From contig JAVKOQ020000104.1 in the NCBI GenBank assembly GCA_031835245.2, forward strand, positions 62,001 to 126,000: a DNA stretch of 64,000 bases, given 5' to 3'. The notes below the pieces were generated by a model. It was given only the letters and a program-made list of their open reading frames with translations. It searched no databases and was not told where the DNA came from. This document shows, piece by piece, positions 1-12,872 of the stretch (position 1 is the stretch's first letter; every line of letters begins with the position of its first letter). The translations under genes were made by a program, and so were the position numbers. The DNA comes from Balamuthia mandrillaris. Taxonomy: Eukaryota.

Positions 1-2371
1 GACTTCTCCGTTCAGCGCTTACACAAGGACACTCCCAATCCTGCCTTTGTGGCTGCCTGTGACCTGCTTAACAAGCACTTGGCCCTTCGCAGTTACCTCT
101 CTGGTTACTCCATCACACTGGCCGACGTTGCTGTCTGGGCTTCCATCTCTACGCACCCTAGCTGGGCCAACATCTCCAAGAGCAAAAACTCCCAACATAT
201 TCTTAGGTGAGCTTTTGTTTTTTCAAATGGCTGTTCTTTCAAAAGGAAGAATTCTCACCCTCATGATCTGTTTTTTGCATCAACAAAAACAAGGTGGTTA
301 CTTCACTGCGACTCCTTGCCCGAGTTCCAAAAAGTTGGTAACCAGTACCTCGCACGAGCTGCTCCTGAGAGCAAACAGCCCAAACAATCAGGGAAGGAAG
401 GAGCTGCTGCCGTTCGTAAAAAGGCCTCCAAGGCCAAGTACGTGGAGTTGGCCGGTGCGGAAGAGGGCAAGGTCGTTACTCGCTTCCCTCCTGAGCCAAG
501 CGGCTATCTCCACATGGGGCACGTCAAGGCCGCCCTTCTAAACAGTCATTATGCTCGCACCTACAATGGCAAGCTGATTTTGCGTTTTGATGATACCAAC
601 CCCGCCAAAGAAAGCGTAAGTTCAATTTTTTTTTGATTTTCCACTTTGGAAGGATACATACTGATGTTGCATGTTAGGTTGAGTTCACTGATAGCATCAT
701 GAAGGACTTAGTCACATTGGGCATCAAACACGATGTGCTCAGCTATACATCTGACTACTTTGATCAAATACTTGCGTATGCAGAGCAGATTATCAAGCAG
801 GGTGACGCCTTTGTGGACATGACTCCAAAAGAAGAGGTTATAAGTCTCTTCTCTCTCTCTCTCTCTCTCCATTTTTTCCTAGCTATTTGTGCTGAGTAGT
901 TGCTTTTGTGCTTTGGAAAACTATAGATGAAAAAAGAGAAGCGAGCGATGATTGACTCCAAGTACCGTAATAACTCCGTTGAAGAGAACTTGAGACTATG
1001 GGAGGAGATGAAGGCAGGTACCCCGGAAGGTGCGAAGTGTGTGCTTCGAGCCAAGATAGACATGCAGTCTAAGAACGGATGCATGAGAGATCCTGGTCTC
1101 TACCGTGTTGTTCTCAACCCTCCTCATCACCGAACAGGGTATGTTGTCTTTAATATTCTTGCTTTGTGAGATTACGCTCACTGATCACGCCCTATTGCAG
1201 TGCCAAGTATAAGGTTTATCCAATCTACGATTTTGCCTGCCCAATTGTGGACAGTTTGGAGGGGGTAACCCATGCACTTCGATCCAGCGAATATCATGAC
1301 AGAAACGTTCAATATCAGTGGATGTTGGATACACTGAAGTTGAGACCAGTCCGGATAGAGGACTTCAGCAGGTTGAACTTCACATACACTCTACTTTCCA
1401 AGCGTAAGTTACAGTGGTTCGTGGACGAAGGCATTGTTGAGGGATGGGACTCGCCTGCCTTCCCCACTGTTCGGGGTTTGTTTGCCTTTCATATTGTTTA
1501 CTTTCTTTGCTGTTTTCTATCTTGTAGTTCGTTTGATTCTGATGGTAACCTGTATGTAGGCATCCTGCGAAGAGGTTTGACCGTTGAGGCATTATACGAG
1601 TTTATTCTCGCACAGGGCTCCTCTAAGAGAGCCAACGAGCAGGAGATCGACAAGCTGTGGGCGCTTAACAAGCAGATTATCGATCCAATCATCCCTCGTT
1701 ACACAGCTATCGCGGATGAGGGCAAGGTGCCGTTCCACCTGACCAATGGACCCAAGGCTCCCGAGGCCAAGACCCTTCCCCGACACAAGAAGAACCCCTC
1801 TTTGGGCACTAAAGTGGTCCACTTTTCCAGCGACATCTTTATTGAGCAGGAAGACGCTCAAGCTGTCAGCCAAGATGAGGAAATCACGCTTATGGATTGG
1901 GGAAACTGCTTCGTAAGAAAGATCGTCAAGGACGAGAGCGGCAAGGTGGTGAGCATGGAGGGAGAGCTCAATCCTACTGGTGACTACAAGACAACCAAGT
2001 GGAAGCTCACGTGGTTGGCCCAGCTAGGCGATGACTTAGTGCCCGTTAAACTGCTGGAATACGACACCCTCATCACCAAGAAGAAGCTGGAGGAGGAGGA
2101 CGACTTTGAGAAGGTGGTCAACACAAAGATTGAGAACGTAACGATGGCTTTGGGCGATCCTAACTTGAGGCTGGTGCCCGCTGGCCAGAGGCTTCAACTG
2201 GAGAGGCGCGGCTACTTTATCGTGGATAAGCCGTACCAGGCCTTCCACGAGGCGGCCTCCTCTGCCTCTTCCTCTGCGCCCCAACCCCTCGTCATGATCA
2301 TGATCCCAGACGGCAGAGCTTCTACCCAGTCTCATCTTACTAGCAAGGTCAAGCCTGGCAAGAAGAACTAA
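1..2371 (+). CDS. Cytoplasmic glutamyl-tRNA synthetase (5' truncated by window; 6 exons visible)
   Basis: [17 protein letters not shown] (HIGH), [23 protein letters not shown] (KMSKS-equivalent), [12 protein letters not shown] introns 207-293, 616-677, 837-926, 1139-1200, 1475-1559 restore one frame. Confidence 0.97.
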
Positions 2372-2409
2372 AACTCTAGATGTTATTTTTTCTTTCCTCT
2401 CTTCCTCTC

Positions 2410-2476
2410 TCTCTCTCTCTCGCTCTCTCTCGCTCTCTCTCGCTCTCTCTCGCTCTCTCTCGCTCTCTCTCTCTCT
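2410..2476 (+). repeat. (CTCTCTCTCG)n/(CT)n microsatellite downstream of GluRS
   Basis: Direct tandem repeat visible in sequence. Confidence 0.9.
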
Positions 2477-2694
2477 GAAGTGGAAGAGTTTTTTTGAAAA
2501 AATAATAACGATTTTAAGTTGTTCCTCTTATTAAGTACCTGGTTGTACTTTTCAGGCCTTTAAGTTTTCCTCAGCGCGCTTGAGTGGTAGGTATCGTTTC
2601 TCCCTCTTTCTTCTGTGGTGGCTTGTTCCCCTTCCTCTCTGTCCCTTTATCCTATCACTTCTCCCCTTTTCTGTGACTCATCCGCAAGAACCTA

Positions 2695-3114
2695 TCAGAA
2701 GATAGGTGTGCACGCATTCGCTGTGTCCAAAACCTGGTTGGCCACATAACGGGCATCCGCACAGCCGGAATCGCAGCTAATGGTGAGGGTAGAGGTGAGG
2801 GCTTGGTTTTCCACCTGGCCCACGCACACCGCGTTCCTCTGGAAACGAGGTATGGGGAACTCGGTGCAGTCGCCTTGGCACGATACCAGGATGTTGTTTA
2901 CGAGAAGAGTGCCGTCGCAGCGGTTGGCCACTTCGATTGAGGGGATGATTCGAAAGTCCTCAGGGCAGGGGGGCTGTGAGCTAACGTACTCGTAGTTGAT
3001 CCTTGGAATGTAGGCTTCCATGCCGAACTTTGTGGAAACCTGCTGTTCTTGACATAGTCCGCTAGCAAAGAAAGCGAATAACGCCAACAAATAGACTGCG
3101 TTCCTTTGCGTCAT
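2695..3114 (-). CDS. Small secreted cysteine-rich hypothetical protein (139 aa, intronless)
   Basis: Signal peptide MTQRNAVYLLALFAFFASGLC, followed by 8 Cys and a weak two-fold internal repeat. No family recognised. Confidence 0.75.
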   Translation of the reverse strand: MTQRNAVYLLALFAFFASGLCQEQQVSTKFGMEAYIPRINYEYVSSQPPCPEDFRIIPSIEVANRCDGTLLVNNILVSCQGDCTEFPIPRFQRNAVCVGQVENQALTSTLTISCDSGCADARYVANQVLDTANACTPIF

Positions 3115-3512
3115 CTTTGTTGCACTTCTCTGTTCGCCCTCTTTTCTATAGTCTCTGTTTTGTTTTGAAATATCTTGTTGGTCTGATTTTTTTTATTTAA
3201 CTCGCAAATGCTGCGCAGCGACCGTGGCTCAATTCTGTCCGAAGAAAGGCTGCTGAAGAGGCGCTGTAAACGGCATCCTTTTATTTCACCTTTTATGGTA
3301 ATCTGATGACGTTTATGGTAATCGTGCTGATCCGCTGAACCCAAAAATGGGATAGCATGACGTGTCGGCGAGATCAGATCATCGCTGCCTGGCAAAGGGA
3401 CACAGAGGGGAGGGGAGTGAGGACCAGGATGAGAGCGACGTTGGCTCCAACGTATGACTCGCGGTGTAAATATGCAAGCTGGCGCACCCAAGCTGCGGCG
3501 GTTTCTCCGTTG

Positions 3513-5527
3513 ATGGGACAACTTTCACGGCCGTTCTCCCGGCTGGAGGGGCGACCACTGGTACTCTGCGCATGCTTGTTCCTACTTGCTTTTATACTTT
3601 CTTCAACCGCTGGCCAAACAACTTCTTCGGAGCCAATGTGTCCCTATCAAGAAGAGCAGTTCACTCATAGGGCAAGTCTCTCTCTCGCTCTCTCCCTCTC
3701 CCTTTCTCTCGTTCCAGCTGTTTATATGGCTGCTTCTCTTTCACGGCGTGTTTAGCCCTTTCCGCTGCTTAGCATGTGCGAATGGTACAGAGAGGAAGCA
3801 TGTTGCGATACAGTGGAGGCCAACCAGCTGCTTCGATGGAACTATGTCATGCAAAAATGGTTTCGCGGGGACTCAGAGTGCCTCGAAAAGTTGACAGTGC
3901 TGCTGTGTGGGCTGCTTTGCTCGCCACGGCAGTCCCACTTTGTTTTCTCTTCGCAACAACCAGGTTTCGGGCGGTTTCCGGACGAAGACGCTTTTCTTCT
4001 GCTGGAAAAGGATGATGATGCGCCACCAATGGACTATGAAAATGAGCAGGAGGAGGAGGGACTTTTGGAAGAGATCTTCCCAATAGCGGCTGATATCGGT
4101 CACAGAGGGAGGTTGACCAAAGGCAGCGATGACCCTATCTTTGTGTACAACGTCTGTTCTTCCTTTTGTGAGACCCTTTTCGACTCATGCTTTGACTCTG
4201 TCCTTATGAGCTCGGTGGGCACTACCAAACGTTGGATGCAGTACCAATGGACCAATGCTAAAGAGTTCTGCGAAGCACAGGTTTCTAAATCACTTCCCTC
4301 TTCCTCTTCCTGCTTTCTCTTCTCTTTGACCCGAGAAGTTATTCGTGTAACGATGTTTTGTGTTCATAGGCAATGTCGTTTACACGCGGGGATGTCACTA
4401 TTAACGTGATACCAGATAGTGATGACACGATATCACACGCCCACCGTTGCTACAGCGGCCGAAAGAGAGAAGCCAGCGCGGCTCGCTCATTTATTTATGG
4501 AGAAGACCTCGATGGAGGGTTTGTGGGGCCGTCTTCCTTCAGCATTCAGGCAGTTGATGCCTTTGGGGACGTCATCCTGGACAGCCATGACCATTTTGAC
4601 GTGAGAGTGGATGGTCTTGTTCCTGTCGTTGGCACTTCCCCAGCTCCGTTCCTCTTTCCTAGCCAATCTCCGCCGAAGTCTCCATCCAGAAAGGTTCTTC
4701 GAGTCCCTGTTGACGTGGCAGATTTACAGAACGGGATCTACGTGGCACGGTACGATATAACAAGGGCCATGGATTATCGTATCTCTGTGAAGTTGGACGG
4801 AAAGCCAGTTAGCAATTCTCCTATCATTGTCCGGTATGACCACCGCACCATGTGTCCGCTGAGCGACTCTTTGCTGGCCCCAACAAAGGTTTGTTTGGAT
4901 CCTTAGTTACCAAACTTCAACTAAGCGACGATACCTAGCAGGCCACACAACCTCTGCCTTTTTGCCAAGTGTACAGCGATTCCACCTGTTGTGATATGAA
5001 AGATACCATCCGCCTGTCCCGGTGGTGGGACAATTCTTTGGCTAGATCATTCGCACGAGGTACCACAGACAACCGCTGTGGGAAGCTTTATGACAGCATG
5101 TTATGCGGATTGGGATGTTCTCCCAGACAAAGCGTATACGTGTTGCCTGCGGTCGCAGACAGCTGGGAGTATCGAGTGTGCGAAAGCTTTTGCATGGAGC
5201 TGTTCAAGGTTTTATTTGGTTGATTTTTATTTCTGTAATTTACTAACATACTGAGCTTCCTCATTGCCCAGGCTTGCAAAGATGAGGTGGTGATGGGTTT
5301 GCCTCTCAAGTCAGTATATGCACGAGCAGAGGACTTTTGTGTGGCTAGCTCGCCCCAGGCTAACATTGAGGTGAAAGTCGTCAGACAAAATCCATGTTTC
5401 GGTGGGTCTCACCACGTAGTAAGCCCTCGCCACTCGTATGCCTTTGGTGCTGGAGTTGAGCTTACAGGCACTGCAGGGCAAGAACTCACTCTGTACATTC
5501 AAGCTGTGGATAGCTCTGGTTATTCCA

Positions 5528-5571
<44 letters not shown>

Positions 5572-5841
5572 CCGCTTTTACACCTCTGCTAATGTTGCAG
5601 TTCATAACGTTGATCGTAGGAAGGGATATAACATCGGGTGGGGATCTATTTGACGTAAGGTTTATAGGCCCTTATGTAAATCATGGCCCTCTTGAAGACG
5701 ACAGAGACGGTACTTACTACATGATATATGAGGCCTCCAGAGCAGCCACCTACGAAATTCACATTAGTTACCAGCAGCAACACATTTGGGTACATGACAA
5801 CGTCCCATCTGCTCTTGTTTGGCGATTCGCATTCATCCACA

Positions 5842-5889
<48 letters not shown>

Positions 5890-6827
5890 GCCTCTTGTAG
5901 GGAAGTCCGTATGTGATTACATTGAAGCCAGGAAAAACAGATCCACTTACATCGTCCGCGCACGGACCAGGTACAGCCCGCGCCATTGCCGGCTTGGGGG
6001 CTTTCTTCACTGTAGAAGCTAGAGATAGTTTCCACAACCAGCGGCATATTGGAGGAGATGAAGTTGTTGCTCTCCTCAACGGCCCTGATAACGTGCTTGC
6101 AAACGTTTGTTCTCTTGCTTTCTTTCTCGCGAAGTATGCTGCATACATAACGCTCTCTTATTTTGCCTGAATGCTGTGACAGGTGGAAGACAACAACGAT
6201 GGTACCTATTTAGTGAGATATAGTATCACAAAAGCTGGCCAATATGTCCTGCGGGTAACCCTAAACGGCTTTCCTCTTCCGTCATCTCCGTTCCTGGTCA
6301 CAGCCGATTCTGAAGGTATCAAAGTGAACCTTCCTGGTTCTCTCTGTTCATTTTTGCGTGCAGCATTGAAACCCTGTTTCTGGAACAAAAGGAGTACCGC
6401 ATGCAGCCAACTGCATTGCGGAAGGAAAAGCCCTCATAGAGCCGCAACTGGGCCTCGAGAACCGGTTCACCATTCTAACGAAGGACTTTTATGGCAACCC
6501 ATTAGAAAATGGAGGCCTCCGGTTCTCTGTCGAGCTGGTCAGCCCCGCTGATATCTTCGAAGGTAGGTTACAAGACTGCTCCACTGGACAAGAAAGGGCT
6601 GAGCAATATCTGTGAACATCATTTTGAAATGAATACCAGGAAGCGTCTTAGACCATGGCGACGGTACATATACGGGCTCGTTCTCCACGACCGAGCCTGG
6701 CAGATATCTATTGGGTGTTATGCTTCTCTATCAGAAAAGTGGCAGTAGCCTCGTTCGCGAGTTGCACATTGCTGGAAGTCCTTTTGAGATCATCATACGA
6801 GCACCTTGGCGGAAGGGCTCTTCCTAA
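3513..6827 (+). CDS. Secreted protein with two folate-receptor/NPC1-like Cys-rich domains and four filamin (Ig-like) repeats
   Basis: Signal peptide LVLCACLFLLAFILSSTAG. Two copies of CxxYxxxxCC...CGLxCSPRQS...VCxSFCxxLFxxC...AxxFC. Filamin motifs DLQNGIYVARY, DDRDGTYYMIY, DNNDGTYLVRY, DHGDGTYTGSF...GSPF. About 9 introns; stop TAA 6825-6827. Confidence 0.85.
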
Positions 6828-6961
6828 CAGACAACTTTCAAAAAGGTTGGCTGTCTGAAGAGAAGAGCAAACAAAATGCACATGAGAGAATAGAACAAAA
6901 GAACGAGCAGAGGGAAGCAGAGCTTCGGAACAAAGGTGCTATTCTTTTTGTTTCTTCTGGG

Positions 6962-7510
6962 CTACTTTTGTAGCCGTTTCTGCTCAAGCTTTTGTTGCAT
7001 TCTTTGTTGAACTCGCTGCCGCGAGTCCTTTTGTCTTTGTGCCTCTGCCTGCAGCCTCTGCTTCAGCTGGCTGGGAGGCTTTTGGGTTTGCTGCTGTTGC
7101 CTATTCGTCGTTGCCCCTTTGCTGTTCGTGGAGCTGCGCACTGTCTTTACAGCGCCTCTAAGAGGGGGTGTCCGTGCTCCGGTGGAGGAGGACGACAAAG
7201 ATGTAGTCGAAGTCGAAGACGAAAACGAAGACGAAGAGGAGGGAGCATTTGAGGAGACTGCAGGTGCGAAGTACGGTCTTTTGGGCTGAGCTGCTGCTGA
7301 CTTTACAGCGTTTCCTCTGGCCACCGAGTGATTGTTTGCGGCGCTTTTGCCTCTGGTTGCACCACCTCCAGTACTATTACCAGCAGCACCTTCGAACTGC
7401 TTAACTCGGCTTTGTACGACGTGGGTGGAGGTGGCGTTTTTGTGTGCAAAGAGTAGCGGAGCAGTGGCGGGGTCCTTTGCAACGGAGGTGTCGCTCCAAC
7501 AACATCCCAT
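6962..7510 (-). CDS. Low-complexity hypothetical protein with N-terminal MGCC myristoylation/palmitoylation motif
   Basis: ATG at 7510 gives MGCCWS..., then an S/Q-rich region and a C-terminal coiled coil. Confidence 0.7.
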   Translation of the reverse strand: MGCCWSDTSVAKDPATAPLLFAHKNATSTHVVQSRVKQFEGAAGNSTGGGATRGKSAANNHSVARGNAVKSAAAQPKRPYFAPAVSSNAPSSSSSFSSSTSTTSLSSSSTGARTPPLRGAVKTVRSSTNSKGATTNRQQQQTQKPPSQLKQRLQAEAQRQKDSRQRVQQRMQQKLEQKRLQK

Positions 7511-7693
7511 GACGACGATGATGGTGTCAGAGCGCCACCACAACCCTACCCCGACTCCTCCACTGCTGACTCCAGGGCCTCCTGCTTCCTTGGTAGGCCA
7601 CCCTGGTGAACCGCTAACCCTAACCCTCTTCCTCATTTAAACACAGAAAGAAACAAGATGAACAAACCAGAAAAAGAAGAGAGAAGCATAGTG

Positions 7694-9912
7694 TCACTTC
7701 TTTCTGTTCTTTTTGCCTTTGTTGCTTTTGTCCTCTGACTGTTCTCCTCCCACCGCTCTCATGCGGGAGGAGCTCTCCTCTCCTCCTCCGCTTCCATCTG
7801 CACCCCCACTTCTTCTGGACTCTCCCGTCGCTCTCCTTCCTGTCCTCCCGGAACCACCACCGCCACCACTCGCACTGCTGCCCACAGAGGAGGACGTAGT
7901 TTTACTTTCCGAATGGTGCGAAGCAGACGCTGAGGGCTGCTCTTTGCCGGATGAAGATCGATTGCTGCCTCTCCTCTTCTCCGTTCTACCAGAGGACGTA
8001 GCTGCTCCTGCTTTGTCTCCACCTACTTCAGCTGCCTTGGAGCGTTGCTTCTTCAATTTCAGCTTCAAAAAGTCCCTCTCGATCTCCCATTCGCTACGCT
8101 GAGCTTGAAGGTTCTCCTCCAGGGCCTTCAGCTTGGCCTCCAAAGCTTCATTCTTGGACTTCTCGTCCTGGAGCTCCTGCAGCAACCTCTTGTTGTCGCC
8201 AAGCGTCTCTCTCAGCTTATCTGTGAGCTCCTCTACCTGTTGCCTCGTATCCTTAAACGCTATGCTCCGAGAGGAAGCAGAGAAGGGAGCCTGTGCGTTC
8301 TGCTCGTTCTCACCGCCAGCGGCACTGGCATTCGAAGATGATGCTGCAGAAGAACCATTCTCCCAGTCTATCTCGGCGAGTTTCTTAGCAGCGGCCACTC
8401 TATCCGTATTGTGCTTCTTGATTGTCAGGTTTATCTCTGCTATGGATGGCGTTTGTATGGTACCTTCCTGTGATAGCGAAGACAGCAGCAGCAACCAGCG
8501 AAAAGCAACAGGGAAAACGGTGCGTAAATGAATGAAGTTAGCTTGTGCGGTAATGGTAGAAAACATGCACGAACTAACAAACCGGCTTCACAGAGGCCGC
8601 AATCCAAGGGTGTTGCAAGAGTTCTTTGGGTCCTGGCCGTTCTTTGATGTCTCTTATGAAACACTTCAACAGAAAATCTTCCAATTGCTGTTGTGGAGAG
8701 CGAGCGAGAGAGAGAGAGAGAACGAGTAGATTATCAAAAGTAACCTATTATTGTTTTACTAACCGGTGAAATGCCTTCAGGTAAAGGTGGGTGTGGACAA
8801 TCAACCATTTTGAATAGAGCAGCAATTGCCCCCAAGTCCCAGAAGGGAGCCTTCCCTGTAAGCAGTTCTATTACTGTACAACCAACACTCCTTTGTGTGT
8901 ATGTGTGATGTTTGTTACCGTTTTGTTCTGTATTGGCCGCCAAAAGAATAGAGACAATGACAACATACCATATGTCAGAGACCTTGCCTCCTCCTGACAT
9001 TTCTGTAATCTCGGGTGCCACTGGTAAAGAGCAGTCGTGAGCGGAAGCCTCAAAGAAGGAAGCAGAGGCAATGATGCCAGGAGCATTGATTTACAACGTA
9101 CTCCAAAAGGGTGTGCCAACCACTGTAAACTGACGATCAAACGCAGCGTAAGTGCAGCTACCAAAGTCAGCAAGTTTAACCATTCCATCTTTTGTTAACA
9201 GCAAGTTGCTGCCTTTTATGTCCCTGATGTACCAACAAGTCAACAATAGCAATCGTGAAAGACAAAGAATCATCAAAAAACAAAAAACGGTACCGATGGA
9301 CCACATCTTGGGAGTGGAGGTAGGCTAGCCCCTGCAATACTTGTGCTACATATAAAACAAGAAGGCTCTCCGGAAATACACCAAAGTTTTTCATGGTGCT
9401 GTGAAGCGAGCCACTTTCGACGTACTCCATTACGAAGAAGAGGAAGTCTTCAGTCTCGTGGTGCTCGTACAGCTTTGTGATGTGGGGATGATCTAGGGTT
9501 TGCAATATTTTGAGCTCTTGCTGCAGGACATAAGTTTAGAGTGCGAACTGCATCAAACCGCTCAGACTGAGAGAGCTTTGCTAACCATTATACTTGGAAG
9601 TTGCGAGGGAGTTAGCATGTCCTTGCTGATTTGCTTCACGGCCACCACTTGACCCGTTTTGAAGTTCAACCCTTTGTACACCCTTCCGAAGGCACCCCGC
9701 CCAATGCATTCTCCAAATTGCTGTTGCGGCAACCAAGAGAAAAACAGTTAAAACTCCATGCACTGAAGAGAAAATCAAGGCATTGGATGCAGTACTATAT
9801 CGCCGACGGCTGTGGGGTCCGGTGTTAGGGGGTGTTTAGCTGTTGGCTTATTCCCTTTTTCCTTCTGCTCAAGGTATTCTTTCCTTCTCTCTTGCAAAAA
9901 GTTCTTCTGCAT
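7694..9912 (-). CDS. STE-group Ser/Thr kinase, SepA/Cdc7(pombe)/Cdc15-like, with C-terminal coiled coil
   Basis: Spliced exons give [66 protein letters not shown]. Confidence 0.92.
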
Positions 9913-10109
9913 GCTTGCGGGTCTATCTGACAAGCGAAAAAGCACACTCTCCCCTTCCGCTTTGGTTTTTTTTTCTCTCTCTCTCTGCGGCAAGGGGGAA
10001 AGGGTTCTTTGCTCAAAGGGTGCATCATGACGACACGAAATAATGCACTCAAAAAAAAAAAAACAAAACAAAACGAAAAAAAAAAAAACAGAACCAAACC
10101 GATGAAGAG

Positions 10110-10944
10110 ATGAACGGACTGCACGCTTTGCCTGCCTCTGTTATCGAGCAGTTGTTGCTGCACCTCGGTCCGCAAGATCTTGTGCATATGGAGTCTGTAT
10201 GCAGGTAGGCGCTCAGCTTTTTCCTTTCTGTTCAACTGCCATCATGCGGAGCGTCTGTTGTTAATAATGCTGCCGCTGGCTTTAGGGCGTGGCGAAGGCT
10301 GCCCAGCAATGCAGCCTGGTGGCGCCTCTGCATGCGAGAGTTGTGGCTGGTTGATAGCCGACCCACCCAAATGAGCAAGAATGACAGAAAAAAGAGGTGG
10401 AAGTTGGAGTACTCTCAACTGCCTTGCGCCTCCAAAAAGCCAGTCTTTGTCAGCAAAAAGGTGTTACAAGGGTGTGTTGCTTCAACCTCGTTTTCAATCG
10501 CATGTTTCTCTCTCTCTTCTCTTCTCTTCTCTTCTCTTCTCTTCTCTTCTCTTCTCTTCTCTTCTCTTCTCTTCTCTTCTCTTCTCTTCTCTTCTCTTCT
10601 CTTCTCTTCTCTTCTCTTCTCTTTCTTCTCTTCTCTTCTCTTCTCTTCTCTTCTCTTCTCTTCTCTTCTCTTCTCTTCTCTTCTCTTCTCTTCTCTTCTC
10701 TTCTCTTCTCTTCTCTTGCTCACTGGCGTGCGTGTGTAGAGGCGAACGGCGCGAAAAGGAAGAAGGCTCATCCCCTAAAAAGTCAGGCGGGTGGGTGGAG
10801 CTGGAACCGCCCAGCAAAGAGGACATGCGGGTCTACTACAAGTCGATCCGCTCCAAACCAAAGCGCAAGCGGGACAAAGGAGCTTCGCGCACGCACTCCG
10901 CTTTCGAAAGCTGGGCAGACACCGAGGAGTGCCCCTACTGCTGA
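10110..10944 (+). CDS. F-box protein (3 exons)
   Basis: MNGLHALPASVIEQLLLHLGPQDLVHMESVCR|AWRRLPSNAAWWRLC matches the F-box consensus. Introns 10205-10285 and about 10472-10739; ends in CPYC. Confidence 0.8.
10515..10716 (+). repeat. (CTTCT)n pentanucleotide microsatellite, about 40 units, intronic
   Basis: Tandem repeat inside the second intron of the F-box gene. Confidence 0.97.
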
Positions 10945-11018
10945 CTGACTGTTGCTTTTTCGATCACAAACAATAAACAACGGGGAAGAGCAAAAAAAAA
11001 AGGGAAAGGGAACGAGCG

Positions 11019-12187
11019 ATGCAAGCCGAGGTAAGAGTATTGGCGGAGGAGCTATTGGAGCGAGCAGCAAGCCAACGAAAAAAGAAAGAAGGGGCTGGCC
11101 CTTACATGGTGGGCATAGCGGGTGTACCTGGGGCAGGCAAAAGCACCTTTGCCAAGAAGCTGTGCGATGAGCTGAATCAATTGGTGGGTGCCAAAGTGTC
11201 GGCAAGTCACACTCACCCTTGTTAACTGCTTGTTCTTCTCCTCCTCCTCCTTGATGCCCATCAAACACCACAGAGTGCTGAAAGCGTGGCGCTAGTAGTA
11301 CCAATGGATGGATTTCACTACACGAAGGCCCAGCTGAGGGCAATGGAGGACCCGCAGGAGGCCTTCAAAAGAAGAGGTGACAGCCCTCCACAACGCGAGG
11401 AAAATAGGGTACGTGGACTAACAATGGTATGAACAGGGGCAGCTTGGACATTTGACGGAGAAGCCTTGCTGCGCCTTCTCAAAAAGATTAAACAAGAAGG
11501 CGAAGCCAAAGCTCCTGGTTGGAGTCATGAGTTACGTCTCTCTTCTTTATTTCTTCTCCTCGCGTCTCTATTTTCTTCCTATCATACTCTCTCTCTCTCT
11601 CTCACTTCCTCTCTCTTCTCTCTCTCTCTCTCTCTCTGTTTCACTTACTTCTTCGCAACCCTTCTTACTAAAAACACCAGAACTGGAGATCCACTGCAGG
11701 ACAGCATTGAAATAACCCGAAGGCTTGTATTCCTTACCTCTTGATTAGTAGGGCACTGGTACTAATTGTTGGTGGGTCCGCACATTAGCCACAGCATCGT
11801 CATTGTGGAAGGGAACTATTTACTCTATGCGGAAGCACCTTGGGATGAGTTGGCTCAAGAGGTACCACCCACCCATTCTTACTTTATGAACAAGCTGGGC
11901 TGCTTACTGCACTCCTTGCAAAACAGTTTGATGAGCGGTGGTTCATTGCGTGCGATATAGAGCGGGCCATGGGTCGCGTGTTAAGGAGGCACCAACAAGA
12001 AAGTACGAATTACTTACTTTTGGCATCGTTCATCCCCTTTGCTCCGGCTGACGCATCACTCCACGCAGTGGGTCTTTCGGAGCAAGAGGCGCAATACAGA
12101 ATCGATACGAACGACAGGCCAAATGCAAAAGCCATACAAGAAAAACTGCTCGCTCAACTTGTAGATCGAAATATTTCTTCGAACTGA
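11019..12187 (+). CDS. P-loop kinase, uridine/pantothenate kinase-like (YFH7-type)
   Basis: VGIAGVPGAGKST, VPMDGFHY, RRGAAWTFD, IVIVEGNYLL, NDRPNA across about 6 introns. Confidence 0.9.
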
Positions 12188-12289
12188 AATGTTTCTGGGA
12201 ATTATTAAACATTCCTTTCCATTCAACACTAAACGCTAACTTTCTTTTCTTTTTTTTTTAAAAGTCCAACACGATTGACTGCAGCAAAA

Positions 12290-12703
12290 ATGCAAACAGA
12301 AACGCCAACGCCTGGCATTGATCTGAAACCTTGCCCTCGTGTGAACAAAGCCCACTTAAGCCAGTGGGTGGGATCAACAGTACGAGTGGTTGGAAAAATG
12401 AAAGGGGCAGAAAATACCGGACGACCAATTGTTCAGCTGGAAACTGCTGACGGTATTGTGGATGTTGTGACAAGGTCTTTTATGACCTTCCCTAGTACGT
12501 TCGTTGAAGTGCTTGGTGTAGTGGATCAGAAGCTGAACATTGAAGAGCAAAAGCTAACTTGCCTTGGAGAAAACTTTGGTATGCAAAGCCAACTCGTTAA
12601 ATCATTATGGAACAATCCTTCTAACCACTCCTCTTTATAAGAAATGTCTAGTTACACCATGCTCCTTCAATACATGCATCTGCATAAAGAGCCGTTCTTG
12701 TAA
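12290..12703 (+). CDS. RPA3: Replication protein A 14 kDa subunit
   Basis: PRVNKAHLSQWVGSTVRVVGK...FVEVLGVV...GENF(E)MSSY. One intron, 12579-12641. Confidence 0.85.
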
Positions 12704-12872
12704 GAGATAACAAAAATCGATATAAATATCTCTCGTTTTTTCCTTGACAAAAAAACCCGCCGCTGCTACAAGCATCACAAATGGCGACCGACCGACCACC
12801 CCCTAACACTTGTATTAAATAGAGGGATTTCTTATTTAAAAAAATTACATTAAATTCAGCAAAAAAATCAAT

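Noticed and set aside
10332..10948. ORFs with SSLLF / EKRRE repeats
   Set aside because: Translations of the intronic (CTTCT)n microsatellite; not a CRISPR array or repeat protein.
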